From positions 32,001 to 96,000 of the forward strand of contig JBBIIG010000002.1 of the NCBI GenBank assembly GCA_037446635.1: a stretch of DNA of 64,000 nt, read 5' to 3'. The translations under genes were made by a program, and so were the position numbers. The notes under the pieces are model-generated. The model made no database searches and had not been told where the DNA came from. It was given only the letters and a program-made list of their open reading frames with translations. Source of the DNA: a bacterium (GTDB lineage: Bacteria; Zhuqueibacterota; Zhuqueibacteria; Oceanimicrobiales; Oceanimicrobiaceae). Shown here piece by piece: positions 41,746-50,065 of the stretch (position 1 is the first letter of the stretch; each line of letters starts with the position of its first letter).

Positions 41746-41838
41746 ATTCGAAATTCAACATTCCTTGTTCGACATTCGACATTCAAACGAATTGCCAAAG
41801 AATCGATTAACGAATATCGAACAAGGAATGTCGAATGA
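41746..41838. repeat. Heptamer-periodic palindromic element, copy 2
   Basis: attcgaaattcaacattccttgttcgacattcg ... taacgaatatcgaacaaggaatgtcgaatga. Confidence 0.75.
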
Positions 41839-41852
41839 TGAACGGTTTGTTT

Positions 41853-42134
41853 TCATGCCAACAGCATTTGCATCGGCTGCAAAGTACGGGTAAACGGATT
41901 CAGCACCAACCCCAAAATTTTTAAGGTAACCGCCCCCAAAAGCGCTTCATCGCCTACCTCTCCCAAAATGACGGGCGTCTGCCCCTCGCCCTGCGGCAAT
42001 TTGATGTAACATTCGGAGACTTGGCGTTCGATAGTCGTGCCGTCTGCCAATGTAAACGTCGCCGCGTGCTTCGGCGACAATTTCAGGGTCTTCCTGGAAC
42101 TTGCAACCACGCCTTCTATAAACGTTACGTCCAT
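41853..42134 (-). pseudogene. Clan AA (retropepsin-like) aspartyl protease lacking the catalytic D[ST]GA segment
   Basis: FTLADGTTIER and LLGAVTLKILGLVLNP motifs present; no D-[ST]-G motif in the N-terminal half. Confidence 0.65.
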
Positions 42135-42268
42135 TTTGGGATCTCCCTTTAAATTTACTTTAATATAGTTGATCGCGCCGATCAACCGCAAGTTTTAAAA
42201 TCAATGATCTCCAACTTGATTTTGTGGAAAACATAGAGTACATTTCGACGACACGATCAGGATTTCTC

Positions 42269-42745
42269 ATGAATATGAATGTCGAAAGTTTTATGGCGGT
42301 GCTCGAGGCGCTGCACGAGCACGAGGTAGAGTATATTCTCGTGGGCGGGCTGGCGGTGATTTTCCACGGCGTCTCGCGGATTACCAAAGATTTGGATTTC
42401 TTCGTGAAGCGAAACCCACAAAACATCGAGAAACTCAAACGGGCGCTACAAACCGTCTTCGATGACGAAAGCATCACTGAGATTACTAACGACGAACTCG
42501 TTGACTATCCTCTCATCCGCTACGGTACGCCGCAGGATTACTACATCAACATCATCGATCGCATCGGCGAGATATTTCACTATGATGATCTTGAGTACGA
42601 GATTATTGAAAGCCAGGGTATTCCGGTGCGGGTGGCGACTCTTGAGACTTTGATTAAAATGAAAAACAGCACAATCCGCATGAAAGATAGAGCCGACGTC
42701 TTTTTGTTAATGGAAGAACTGGAGAAATTGAGGAAGAATAAATAA
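42269..42745 (+). CDS. Nucleotidyltransferase-fold protein (DUF6036-like)
   Basis: YILVGGLAVIFHGVSRITKDLD ... LIKMK...RMKDRAD; start uncertain (42224-42275). Confidence 0.82.
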   Translation: MNMNVESFMAVLEALHEHEVEYILVGGLAVIFHGVSRITKDLDFFVKRNPQNIEKLKRALQTVFDDESITEITNDELVDYPLIRYGTPQDYYINIIDRIGEIFHYDDLEYEIIESQGIPVRVATLETLIKMKNSTIRMKDRADVFLLMEELEKLRKNK

Positions 42746-42945
42746 TGCCAATTTATAAGTATCGCAGCCTTGAAGAGGCTGAAGAACATCTCAGAAAGCT
42801 GCAGCCCAAAGACCCCCTGGAGCTGTTATCGCAGCTTCAAGACCTGGTCTTTACTCTCAAACCGCCGCGCAAAATTCAGCGCGGCATCTTCAAATTCAAA
42901 ACCCTGGAAGCGGCGAATGAGCATCGCAAGCAATTCGAGCAATGA
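42745..42945 (+). CDS. Small hypothetical protein, probable partner of the nucleotidyltransferase
   Basis: TAATG coupling; internal repeat YKYRSLEEA / FKFKTLEAA. Confidence 0.7.
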   Translation: MPIYKYRSLEEAEEHLRKLQPKDPLELLSQLQDLVFTLKPPRKIQRGIFKFKTLEAANEHRKQFEQ

Positions 42946-43691
42946 CGGAAATTGCTAATTACCTGCTGTTAGCTGCCGTCGGGGCCATCTCCGCTTTTCT
43001 CAACGTTACTGCCGGCGGCGGCTCGCTGCTCACCCTGACGCTGCTCATCTTCCTCGGCCTGCCGGCGGACGTCGCCAACGGCACCAATCGCATCGCCATT
43101 TTAATTCAGAACATTTTTGCCACCGCCCGCTTTCATCAATTCAACGTCATTCCCAGGGGGACGACGCTCATCACCGCCATTCCCGCTATCGCTGGCGCGA
43201 TCATCGGCGCGCAGATCGCCGTCGAGATCGACGAGCTGCTGTTCAAACGCATTTTGGCGCTGACGATGATTCTGGTGCTCGGCCCGCTGTTTTTTGGACT
43301 GGGACCCAAGCCGGCGCAATCGTCGGATTCCCCTTCATCAAGCAAAAAATGTTTTTTGGCAATCGCTTTTTTCGGGGTAGGAATTTACGGCGGCTTCATT
43401 CAGGGCGCGGTGGGATTTCTCATCATTTTTGCGCTGACGCTGGCGGGCTACGATCTCGTGCGCACCAACGCTCTCAAAGTTCTGGTGGTGTTGATTTTCA
43501 CGCCATTTGCTCTTTTTATTTTTATAATTAATGGGCAGGTCGATTATTTGAAAGGATTGATTCTGGCCGCCGGCAGCGCCGCGGGGGCGTGGCTGGCCAC
43601 GAAGGTGGTGGTGGAAAAGGGCCACAACTTCCTGCGCTGGCTGGTGATGATTACGATGGCGGCGTTTGCGGTGAAGTTGTTTTGGGGATGA
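42942..43691 (+). CDS. Sulfite exporter TauE/SafE family membrane protein
   Basis: AGGGSLLTL, ANGTNRIA, YGGFIQG, TNALKV. Confidence 0.9.
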   Translation: MTEIANYLLLAAVGAISAFLNVTAGGGSLLTLTLLIFLGLPADVANGTNRIAILIQNIFATARFHQFNVIPRGTTLITAIPAIAGAIIGAQIAVEIDELLFKRILALTMILVLGPLFFGLGPKPAQSSDSPSSSKKCFLAIAFFGVGIYGGFIQGAVGFLIIFALTLAGYDLVRTNALKVLVVLIFTPFALFIFIINGQVDYLKGLILAAGSAAGAWLATKVVVEKGHNFLRWLVMITMAAFAVKLFWG

Positions 43692-43696
43692 TTGTC

Positions 43697-44047
43697 TTAG
43701 CGCCAGTTGCTCAGATACTCCAAGCGATTTATCATTTCTTCCATCGTGATCGTATTCAACAATTTCAAAAGCCTTTGGTAAGTAGGACGAAAGGGCAACT
43801 GTTTAGAGACGATTATTCCGTAATGAATGAGTTCTGAATTTTTATACTCTATATGAATTTTAACCCAATCCTCCAAATTGAACGTAAAGACCGTCCGTTG
43901 TTCTGAGATGGCATATTCTAATTGTCCTAAATCTGATCCTCCTTTTCGGTGCGCTTCATGAGCTGTGATGGCATCAAAACCGATTTTTCTCAAAGCAGCT
44001 CCGAGTTCGCTGTGAACATCCTCGTCAATGAAGAGACTTATTTTCAT
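43697..44047 (-). CDS. DUF5615 PIN-like toxin
   Basis: LFIDEDV...SDLGQLEYA...FTFNLED...HYGII. Confidence 0.85.
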   Translation of the reverse strand: MKISLFIDEDVHSELGAALRKIGFDAITAHEAHRKGGSDLGQLEYAISEQRTVFTFNLEDWVKIHIEYKNSELIHYGIIVSKQLPFRPTYQRLLKLLNTITMEEMINRLEYLSNWR

Positions 44048-44352
44048 TCGGGTTTAGCGTATTGACCGAAAGGGTAGTTTTTTTGCCAGTGCTCTTCATC
44101 GTTATTCAGGTTGAGTTGCTCGTCGATTTCCTGTTTATGATCAAAGTAGTATGATAGCGCATCATAAATTTGCGCATGAGTGAGGTGGGGAAGAGCAGCA
44201 ATAATTTGATCAACTGAATAATTGAGATTAAAATGGTATCCAACAATTGCCCAAACCGGGATACGCGTACCGGCAATGATGGGCTTGCCGCCGCACACGC
44301 CGTCGATCTGGGTAATGTAAGGATGTTCGATTTTTTTAGCTGGTAGTCCCAT
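44044..44352 (-). CDS. DUF433 antitoxin
   Basis: GVCGGKPIIAGTRIPV...LTHAQIYDALSYY; ATGA overlap with DUF5615 gene. Confidence 0.9.
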   Translation of the reverse strand: MGLPAKKIEHPYITQIDGVCGGKPIIAGTRIPVWAIVGYHFNLNYSVDQIIAALPHLTHAQIYDALSYYFDHKQEIDEQLNLNNDEEHWQKNYPFGQYAKPE

Positions 44353-44378
44353 AAAATTCTCTTTTCGATATTCAAATG

Positions 44379-44407
44379 AATATACTCTTCGAATGGATGC
44401 GTGTCAA
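44379..44407 (-). promoter_or_regulatory. Sigma70-type promoter of the DUF433/DUF5615 pair
   Basis: TTGACA-17 bp-TATATT on the minus strand. Confidence 0.6.
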
Positions 44408-44419
44408 GAAATAGTTCGT

Positions 44420-45187
44420 TTATCTGATTTCCAAACACGCCTCCGCCGCCAGCCAGATCAACCGGCTGCGAAGTTCTGAATGCTTAATCCAGCCGCGGCT
44501 TTCCCACTTCAACCCGCTGACGTCGTCGCCGGCGTAAAGAATTTGTCCCATCGCGACGCCGTGGAATTTCGCCGCCGCAAACAGGGCCGCGGCCTCCATT
44601 TCCACAGCCAGGCAGCCTTCGGATTTGCGCCGGGCGATTTTTCCGGGCGTCTCGCGGTAGATGCCGTCGTTGCTCCAGGTTTTGATCAGCAGGTAATCGA
44701 GCCGGTGTTTTTTCAACGTGCGCTCGATGGCCGCTACCGCTGCCGGACTCGCCTCCACTTCGCGGCTGGGCGGCAGGTAGTGGTAGGATGTGCCCTCGTC
44801 GCGCACCGCGGAAGTCGGCGCCAGCAGATGCCCCATGGCGATTTGGTTATCCAGCACGCCGGCGCCGCCGCAGGCAATAAATTTTTTGCAGCCCAAAACG
44901 ATCAGTTCCTCCAAAAATGCCGCGGCCAGCGGCGCACCCACGCCGGGATGAAAGAGCGCCACCTCCCGCCCGTTGACTGCCAGTTTGTAAACCGGATGCG
45001 CGCCGATTTCGGTTTTCAATTTTTTGATGCGCTGCAGCCGCCCCTTTTGCCGCAGCTTCTCGACTTCATCGTTGAAGAAGCAGAGCACGCAGTGTTCGGG
45101 AATGGCGATTGGTTTCACCACGTGGCGCGGCGTCAGGATTGCTTGCGGGTCGGGGTCGTATTCCAAAATCGGGAAGGTGTTTTTCAT
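44420..45187 (-). CDS. Nucleoside (uridine/purine) phosphorylase family protein
   Basis: GVGAPLAA, VRDEGTSYHY, AVEMEAAA. Confidence 0.9.
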   Translation of the reverse strand: MKNTFPILEYDPDPQAILTPRHVVKPIAIPEHCVLCFFNDEVEKLRQKGRLQRIKKLKTEIGAHPVYKLAVNGREVALFHPGVGAPLAAAFLEELIVLGCKKFIACGGAGVLDNQIAMGHLLAPTSAVRDEGTSYHYLPPSREVEASPAAVAAIERTLKKHRLDYLLIKTWSNDGIYRETPGKIARRKSEGCLAVEMEAAALFAAAKFHGVAMGQILYAGDDVSGLKWESRGWIKHSELRSRLIWLAAEACLEIR

Positions 45188-45190
45188 CGA

Positions 45191-45577
45191 TCACTTGGAC
45201 CATTCGAAAAATAGATAGGGCGCGATCGTGATCCAAATCAGGATCAAAATCCAAAGGCGCCCGGCGAAAATATTATAATCCTGCAAGAGACGGCGCCACG
45301 GGTGCCCGGCAACGAAATGTCCGAAGAGAAACTCGAAGGCGACCGTCAGCCCTAACCAGATCACCCCGATGGTGAGCGCCTGCCCGGTTGAGTCGAGTTT
45401 CCAAATGCGCGTGAGTCCCCAAATGTAAATTCCAAATAGCAGAATGCCCGTGAATGTTGAAATCTGATGCGCGCGCAGTTCGCTCATGAATTTGGCGTAC
45501 CACGCCTGCCGGAGAACGCCGTTCAGAATGGCGATGAGAACCATCGGCAGCCAGGCAAGGGTGTAGTTAATGAGCAT
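45191..45577 (-). CDS. Hypothetical 4-TM membrane protein
   Basis: AILNGVLR, LTVAFEFLFG; AGGA RBS. Confidence 0.75.
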   Translation of the reverse strand: MLINYTLAWLPMVLIAILNGVLRQAWYAKFMSELRAHQISTFTGILLFGIYIWGLTRIWKLDSTGQALTIGVIWLGLTVAFEFLFGHFVAGHPWRRLLQDYNIFAGRLWILILIWITIAPYLFFEWSK

Positions 45578-45621
45578 TTCTGTTCCTACTCAGAAGACCG
45601 TCTGCTATATTTTTTGATCTC

Positions 45622-46989
45622 CTATCCCGGCCAGCGCAGCATCACAACTTCTTCTCGCAATTCAGAAGAGGTGGCCGTAGCAAATCTTCTTCTAAATAAA
45701 TCTATACCCTCCAATTCATATCCCAGCGATTGTGCGATGTCGGCCAGGAGCTCGCCAGTGCGAATCATGACTTTAAAATACGATGCCTGATCGCCAACTA
45801 CGTACGCCAAGCGCGCGCCTTTTTTCAGAACCGGCCGCAACTCGGCAAAGTGTCTGGCCATCCCCCCGAAATATTGCAGCGTCACTTTGCTATAAAATTT
45901 CTCAAACCCGGAGGTTTTTGACAACTCGATGCGCTTCCTTTCTATTTCTTCCGCAAGACGAATAACCTTATTATTGTTTTCGATCCATTTATGATCTGCA
46001 TCTCCTTTGTAAATTCCGCGCGTATTTGAACGAATCAATGATTTCTTGAATGTTCGCAGTTCTTCCAAACTGTTGATGAATCCTAACACCACCGATTCCA
46101 ACCGAGTGGTTCGGGTGTAGTCTTTTTCGTTTGGGTACGGCGGCGAAGTTATCACGGCATCGACGCTATCGTGATCGAGCAATTGGCTGATCTGGCGAGA
46201 GTCGCCTAACTTGATTGCACATTGCGGATACGAACTCGCCGCCAATGCCCGGATATCCTTGGCAATCCTTTTGATTTCATTAAGCCAGGCCGGGATGACT
46301 GGATAATCCGGCTTAGGTTTCCCGACGCCAACCTCGGGGCCAAATTTCAAATTGCTGATTTTGAATACGAGGGCGTTCGCCAGTGCCAACATTGCGTGAT
46401 GAAAATAAGATTCGCCTTCCAGGCTTTTTAAAACGGTGAGCAGAGACAAGGTTTTATGCAGCGGCAACGGGCTAATTGAGTTCGTGATCAGAAGCTTTTG
46501 AGAATGCTCGCCAATGTTTTTTAGCCGCCTGCCTGCGCAGGCAGGCGATTCGTCAATGTTCTTGGAAAAATTATTATCATCAATGCCTTCTGCTTTAAGA
46601 ATCTCAAACGTCTCTGAGGCCACGGCTCGCGCCGCCGATTCAAAATCATCCGCGTTAATATTCCAATTCGTTTTTACGGAACTGGCAAAATAGGCAAAAG
46701 GGTTGGCTTCGATGCCGACCGCCGGAAATCCATTTAGCTTCGACTCAACGATCGTCGTGCCCGTGCCGCAAAAAGGATCTAATACAACGCTTGTCTCTTT
46801 CAAATCAAATTTCTGAATATAGTGCCGCACTAAATGCGGGGGAAAAGAGAGGACAAAACGGTACCAATTATGAACGGCGCTGTCGCCGGGACGAACTTTG
46901 TTTTGGTTGCCGTTGGTGGACTCCAGCGGGTCAACGAATTGAGTTTCGGAAAAATCGATCTTGGTTTGCATGATAAATTTTGGGTTCAA
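45622..46989 (-). CDS. Amino (N4-C/N6-A) DNA methyltransferase, apparently orphan
   Basis: Motif I DPFCGTGTT precedes motif IV TSPPY; more AT-rich than flanks; start 46989 or 46971. Confidence 0.88.
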   Translation of the reverse strand: MNPKFIMQTKIDFSETQFVDPLESTNGNQNKVRPGDSAVHNWYRFVLSFPPHLVRHYIQKFDLKETSVVLDPFCGTGTTIVESKLNGFPAVGIEANPFAYFASSVKTNWNINADDFESAARAVASETFEILKAEGIDDNNFSKNIDESPACAGRRLKNIGEHSQKLLITNSISPLPLHKTLSLLTVLKSLEGESYFHHAMLALANALVFKISNLKFGPEVGVGKPKPDYPVIPAWLNEIKRIAKDIRALAASSYPQCAIKLGDSRQISQLLDHDSVDAVITSPPYPNEKDYTRTTRLESVVLGFINSLEELRTFKKSLIRSNTRGIYKGDADHKWIENNNKVIRLAEEIERKRIELSKTSGFEKFYSKVTLQYFGGMARHFAELRPVLKKGARLAYVVGDQASYFKVMIRTGELLADIAQSLGYELEGIDLFRRRFATATSSELREEVVMLRWPG

Positions 46990-47020
46990 TGGCAGCGAAT
47001 TTACAAAACGTAAAATTGAT

Positions 47021-48496
47021 TTACAAATTCCCGTGCTCTAGCTCCCGGTGTGCCACCTCCACTTTCACCCCGTACTTCTCGGTCAAAAATTTCGCCAGCG
47101 CGTTGGCGCAATAAACCGAGCGGTGCTGGCCGCCGGTGCAGCCGAACGCCACCGAAAGATGGCTGAAATTGCGCTGCTGATAATTCTCGATCACCTGCGA
47201 GATTAAATCCCGCACTCTCGTCAGAAAGCTGTGCACTTCCGGCGAATTTTCCAGAAAGGCGATCACCTCCGCGTCGAAGCCGGTTTGCCTGGCGTATTTC
47301 TCCAGCCGCCCCGGGTTGGGCAGCGCGCGGCAATCGAAAATGAAGCCGCCGCCGTGGCCGGTTTCATCCTGCGGTAAGCCATTTTTGTACGAAAAACTTT
47401 CGATGCGTACAGTGAGCGGCAGTTGCACGCTGCCCAACTCGCGCAGCCGAGTGGAACGCACCAAACTGTGCAGCGCCTCCGTGAGCATCGGCAATTCAAC
47501 CGGCAATTCGACGTTTTTCAAAATATGTTCGAGGTTGCGCAGGGCAAACGGCACACTCTGCAAAAAATGCGTTTTGCGTTCATAAAAGCCGCGGAAGCCG
47601 TACGCGCCCATTGCCTGCAGGATGCGCACCAGCACGTAGCCGTAATAATAGCGCATGAATTCGGCGCGATCAAATTTCGATATCTCCCCTTTCCGCCGCG
47701 GCGGATCCGCTTCGCGGACAAAGGGGGGAAACTGTGAAACGGCGTCGAGGTAAATTTGCAGCAGCCGGTCGCGGGCGTCGAACGGCAGGTTGGCTTTGGC
47801 GTCGTAGAGTAGGGAAGCAATATCGTACTGCAGGGCACCGCGCCGCCCGCCCTGGTAGTCGATGAAGAACGGCTGGCCGTCGCGAATCATGATGTTGCGG
47901 GACTGGAAGTCGCGGTAGAGAAAAAAGTTTTGATCGGCCTCCATCAAAAACGCAGTGAATTTCTCGAAATCGTCCTCCAACTTTTGCTCGTTGAACGGAA
48001 TCTGCGCCAGCTTCAAAAAATAGTATTTGAAGTAATTCAAATCCCACAGAATCGACTGGCGGTCGAAGCTGTGGCGGGGGTAGCAAAGATCGTAGTTGAA
48101 ATTTTTCGCCGCGCGAATTTGAAACTCTGGCAAAATGCGCACGACTTTTTCATACAGCTTTTCAATCGCGAGTGGGAAGTCATTTTGATCCGCGCGCTGG
48201 CGTGAAAGCAGATCGAACAGGGTGTCGTTCCCGAGATCTTCTTCGAGGTAAATGTTGGCGTCGAGATCTTCGGCGTAGATTTCCGGCACCGGCAATCCGC
48301 ATTTGCGAAAGTGCCGGGAGAATTCGATAAACGCGATGTTTTCCAGGCGGTCGGCGTTTTCCACGCCGATGGCCGTGCGCTGGTCGCTGGCGATGCGATA
48401 CAACAGCCGGTACGAGCCGTCGGCGTTGAGCGGCGCGGCGCTTTTGACTTTTTCCCTGAAGTGGGTTTCAAAAAGTCGGGTGAGTTCCGGATTCAT
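47021..48496 (-). CDS. APH-family phosphotransferase (AmgK-like) fused to RapZ C-terminal domain
   Basis: YRDFQSRN, IDYQGG; FDCRALPNPG, FGCTGGQHRSVY. Confidence 0.85.
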   Translation of the reverse strand: MNPELTRLFETHFREKVKSAAPLNADGSYRLLYRIASDQRTAIGVENADRLENIAFIEFSRHFRKCGLPVPEIYAEDLDANIYLEEDLGNDTLFDLLSRQRADQNDFPLAIEKLYEKVVRILPEFQIRAAKNFNYDLCYPRHSFDRQSILWDLNYFKYYFLKLAQIPFNEQKLEDDFEKFTAFLMEADQNFFLYRDFQSRNIMIRDGQPFFIDYQGGRRGALQYDIASLLYDAKANLPFDARDRLLQIYLDAVSQFPPFVREADPPRRKGEISKFDRAEFMRYYYGYVLVRILQAMGAYGFRGFYERKTHFLQSVPFALRNLEHILKNVELPVELPMLTEALHSLVRSTRLRELGSVQLPLTVRIESFSYKNGLPQDETGHGGGFIFDCRALPNPGRLEKYARQTGFDAEVIAFLENSPEVHSFLTRVRDLISQVIENYQQRNFSHLSVAFGCTGGQHRSVYCANALAKFLTEKYGVKVEVAHRELEHGNL

Positions 48497-48565
48497 CACC
48501 AGACAATTTAGAAAATATTTGGCGAGAATCAAGGGTCACGCAAAGCCGCCAAGGCGCGAAGGATT

Positions 48566-48628
48566 GGGGCTTTCCAAAGGGTCGATTTTCGATGATCGTC
48601 ATGCCCGCACGCTTTTAGCGGGCATCCA
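48566..48628. repeat. Partial copy of the GTCATGCCCG MITE-like element
   Basis: ggggctttccaaagggtcgatttt...gtcatgcccgcacgcttttagcgggcatcca aligns with 15559-15620. Confidence 0.65.
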
Positions 48629-48732
48629 TAAAATCAGATCTTCGGAAGATGATCGTTCGAGATTTGAAATCCCGAACGAGTAGAGCAGGCAGTAAATCCC
48701 GAACGAGCAAGTTCCCTTTTCGATCCGCGGTC

Positions 48733-48779
48733 TCGGAGTGCAATGCTTCAGCAGTGCAAAACTGAAGTTTTGCACTCCG
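48733..48779. repeat. REP-like palindrome CGGAGTGCAA...TTGCACTCCG
   Basis: 10-bp inverted ends just downstream of the DUF5777 gene. Confidence 0.65.
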
Positions 48780-48790
48780 GTTTCAGTAAC

Positions 48791-50065
48791 TCAGGGAAAA
48801 CGGATCAGCCGGTAAATATTGAAGCCGAGGCGGAACTCGCCGTTGGCAAAATCCAAGTTGCCGCCGCTCATGACTTGAGTTGGGGTGAGCCCCAACGAGT
48901 TGCTGATATAGACATGAAAAACATGGCCGCCAATGTTGTGCTCCAACCCAATGGTAAAGGCATCGTAAACGATTGGCTGGCCATTTTGCACGCCGGCGCC
49001 TCCCACCGGCAGCGCGTCATCCAGTCCCGAAACAATCGTACTGCCTTCCGCGAATAGCGACAGGCCTTTTAGAATCCGAAACTTTCCGCCGTAGCCGATG
49101 CTGAATATGGTCTGCTCGTTGGTTTGTGTCACATTGCCATTAAACAAAACCCCGGGATTCAGCAGCAGCGCAATGCGATTTGAGAGCTGCCGGGTCAGGA
49201 CGAGCTGAGCAAACCACGGAAAACGCTCGCTGCTGGTGCGCGAGAGAAATTGTGCAGGGTTGTTGGGGTCGGGGATTTGCTTCATGGTTAGCCACTCCAC
49301 GCCGACGAAAAGGGCGGCAGAAACCGGCACCGAGTTGTTGGTTCGTTCGCGCAGCAGTTGCCACTTGGTATTAAACTCAAAAGTGGCGTTGGTGCCGGAG
49401 CGGCCGACGGTGAACATGAGATTCTCCCGCAGAGGAAATGAAAATTCGGTGAGCATGTGCGCGCCGGCATCCAGCCCAAAAAATTGGCCGAAGCCGTTAT
49501 CGACCCGGCCCAGCCAGCGGTGCGCGATGCGATAGGAAAACGACCCTTTCGGCATGGTTTGCGCGGTTTGCAGGGTCGCCAGAGATAAGCCCACAAAAGG
49601 CTGGCTGAATCGTTTTTTGGGCTGCACCGGGACGGCATCCGGCGGCAGTGTTTTTATCCAAAGAGCGACGGTCTTCAACTCTTCTTTGGATAATGATTCT
49701 CCGCTCTTCGGCATTTTCTCGCCTTTGATGCCAGAGGCGCCAACCAATTTCATAATCAAATAACTTTTTAACGGATCGCCGGGCTTGACCAGCGACAGTT
49801 TTGGAAAATCGTTGCTGGGTTGATTCACCGTCGAGGCATAGGCAAACGATTCCGTCAGGTTAAGATCGCCGGCGGGGGCCGGGCCGGCATGGCAGCCGGC
49901 GAACGCGCATTTGGTTTCAAAAATTTCCAGCACCTTATCGGGAACACCATTCTGCGGGTAAACTAAAACCGGCGCGGCAAAAATAAGCAGGCAAAACAAA
50001 GAAGCATAAAAGGCCCCCAGCCTTTTGGACTGCACGAAAATTTTTTGCATGTTGATCGACCTCAT
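48791..50065 (-). CDS. Cytochrome c-like domain (CX4CH) fused to DUF5777-like beta-barrel
   Basis: Signal peptide; CAFAGCH...LVKPGDPLKSYL...KMP; IAHRW, GGHVFHV, FRLGFNIYR. Confidence 0.72.
   Translation of the reverse strand: MRSINMQKIFVQSKRLGAFYASLFCLLIFAAPVLVYPQNGVPDKVLEIFETKCAFAGCHAGPAPAGDLNLTESFAYASTVNQPSNDFPKLSLVKPGDPLKSYLIMKLVGASGIKGEKMPKSGESLSKEELKTVALWIKTLPPDAVPVQPKKRFSQPFVGLSLATLQTAQTMPKGSFSYRIAHRWLGRVDNGFGQFFGLDAGAHMLTEFSFPLRENLMFTVGRSGTNATFEFNTKWQLLRERTNNSVPVSAALFVGVEWLTMKQIPDPNNPAQFLSRTSSERFPWFAQLVLTRQLSNRIALLLNPGVLFNGNVTQTNEQTIFSIGYGGKFRILKGLSLFAEGSTIVSGLDDALPVGGAGVQNGQPIVYDAFTIGLEHNIGGHVFHVYISNSLGLTPTQVMSGGNLDFANGEFRLGFNIYRLIRFP

Noticed and set aside
45622..46989. Complete restriction-modification system
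   Set aside because: Neither neighbour resembles an endonuclease
48667..48707. 14-bp direct repeat aaatcccgaacgag as a target-site duplication
   Set aside because: Only 13 bp lie between the copies and no element is enclosed
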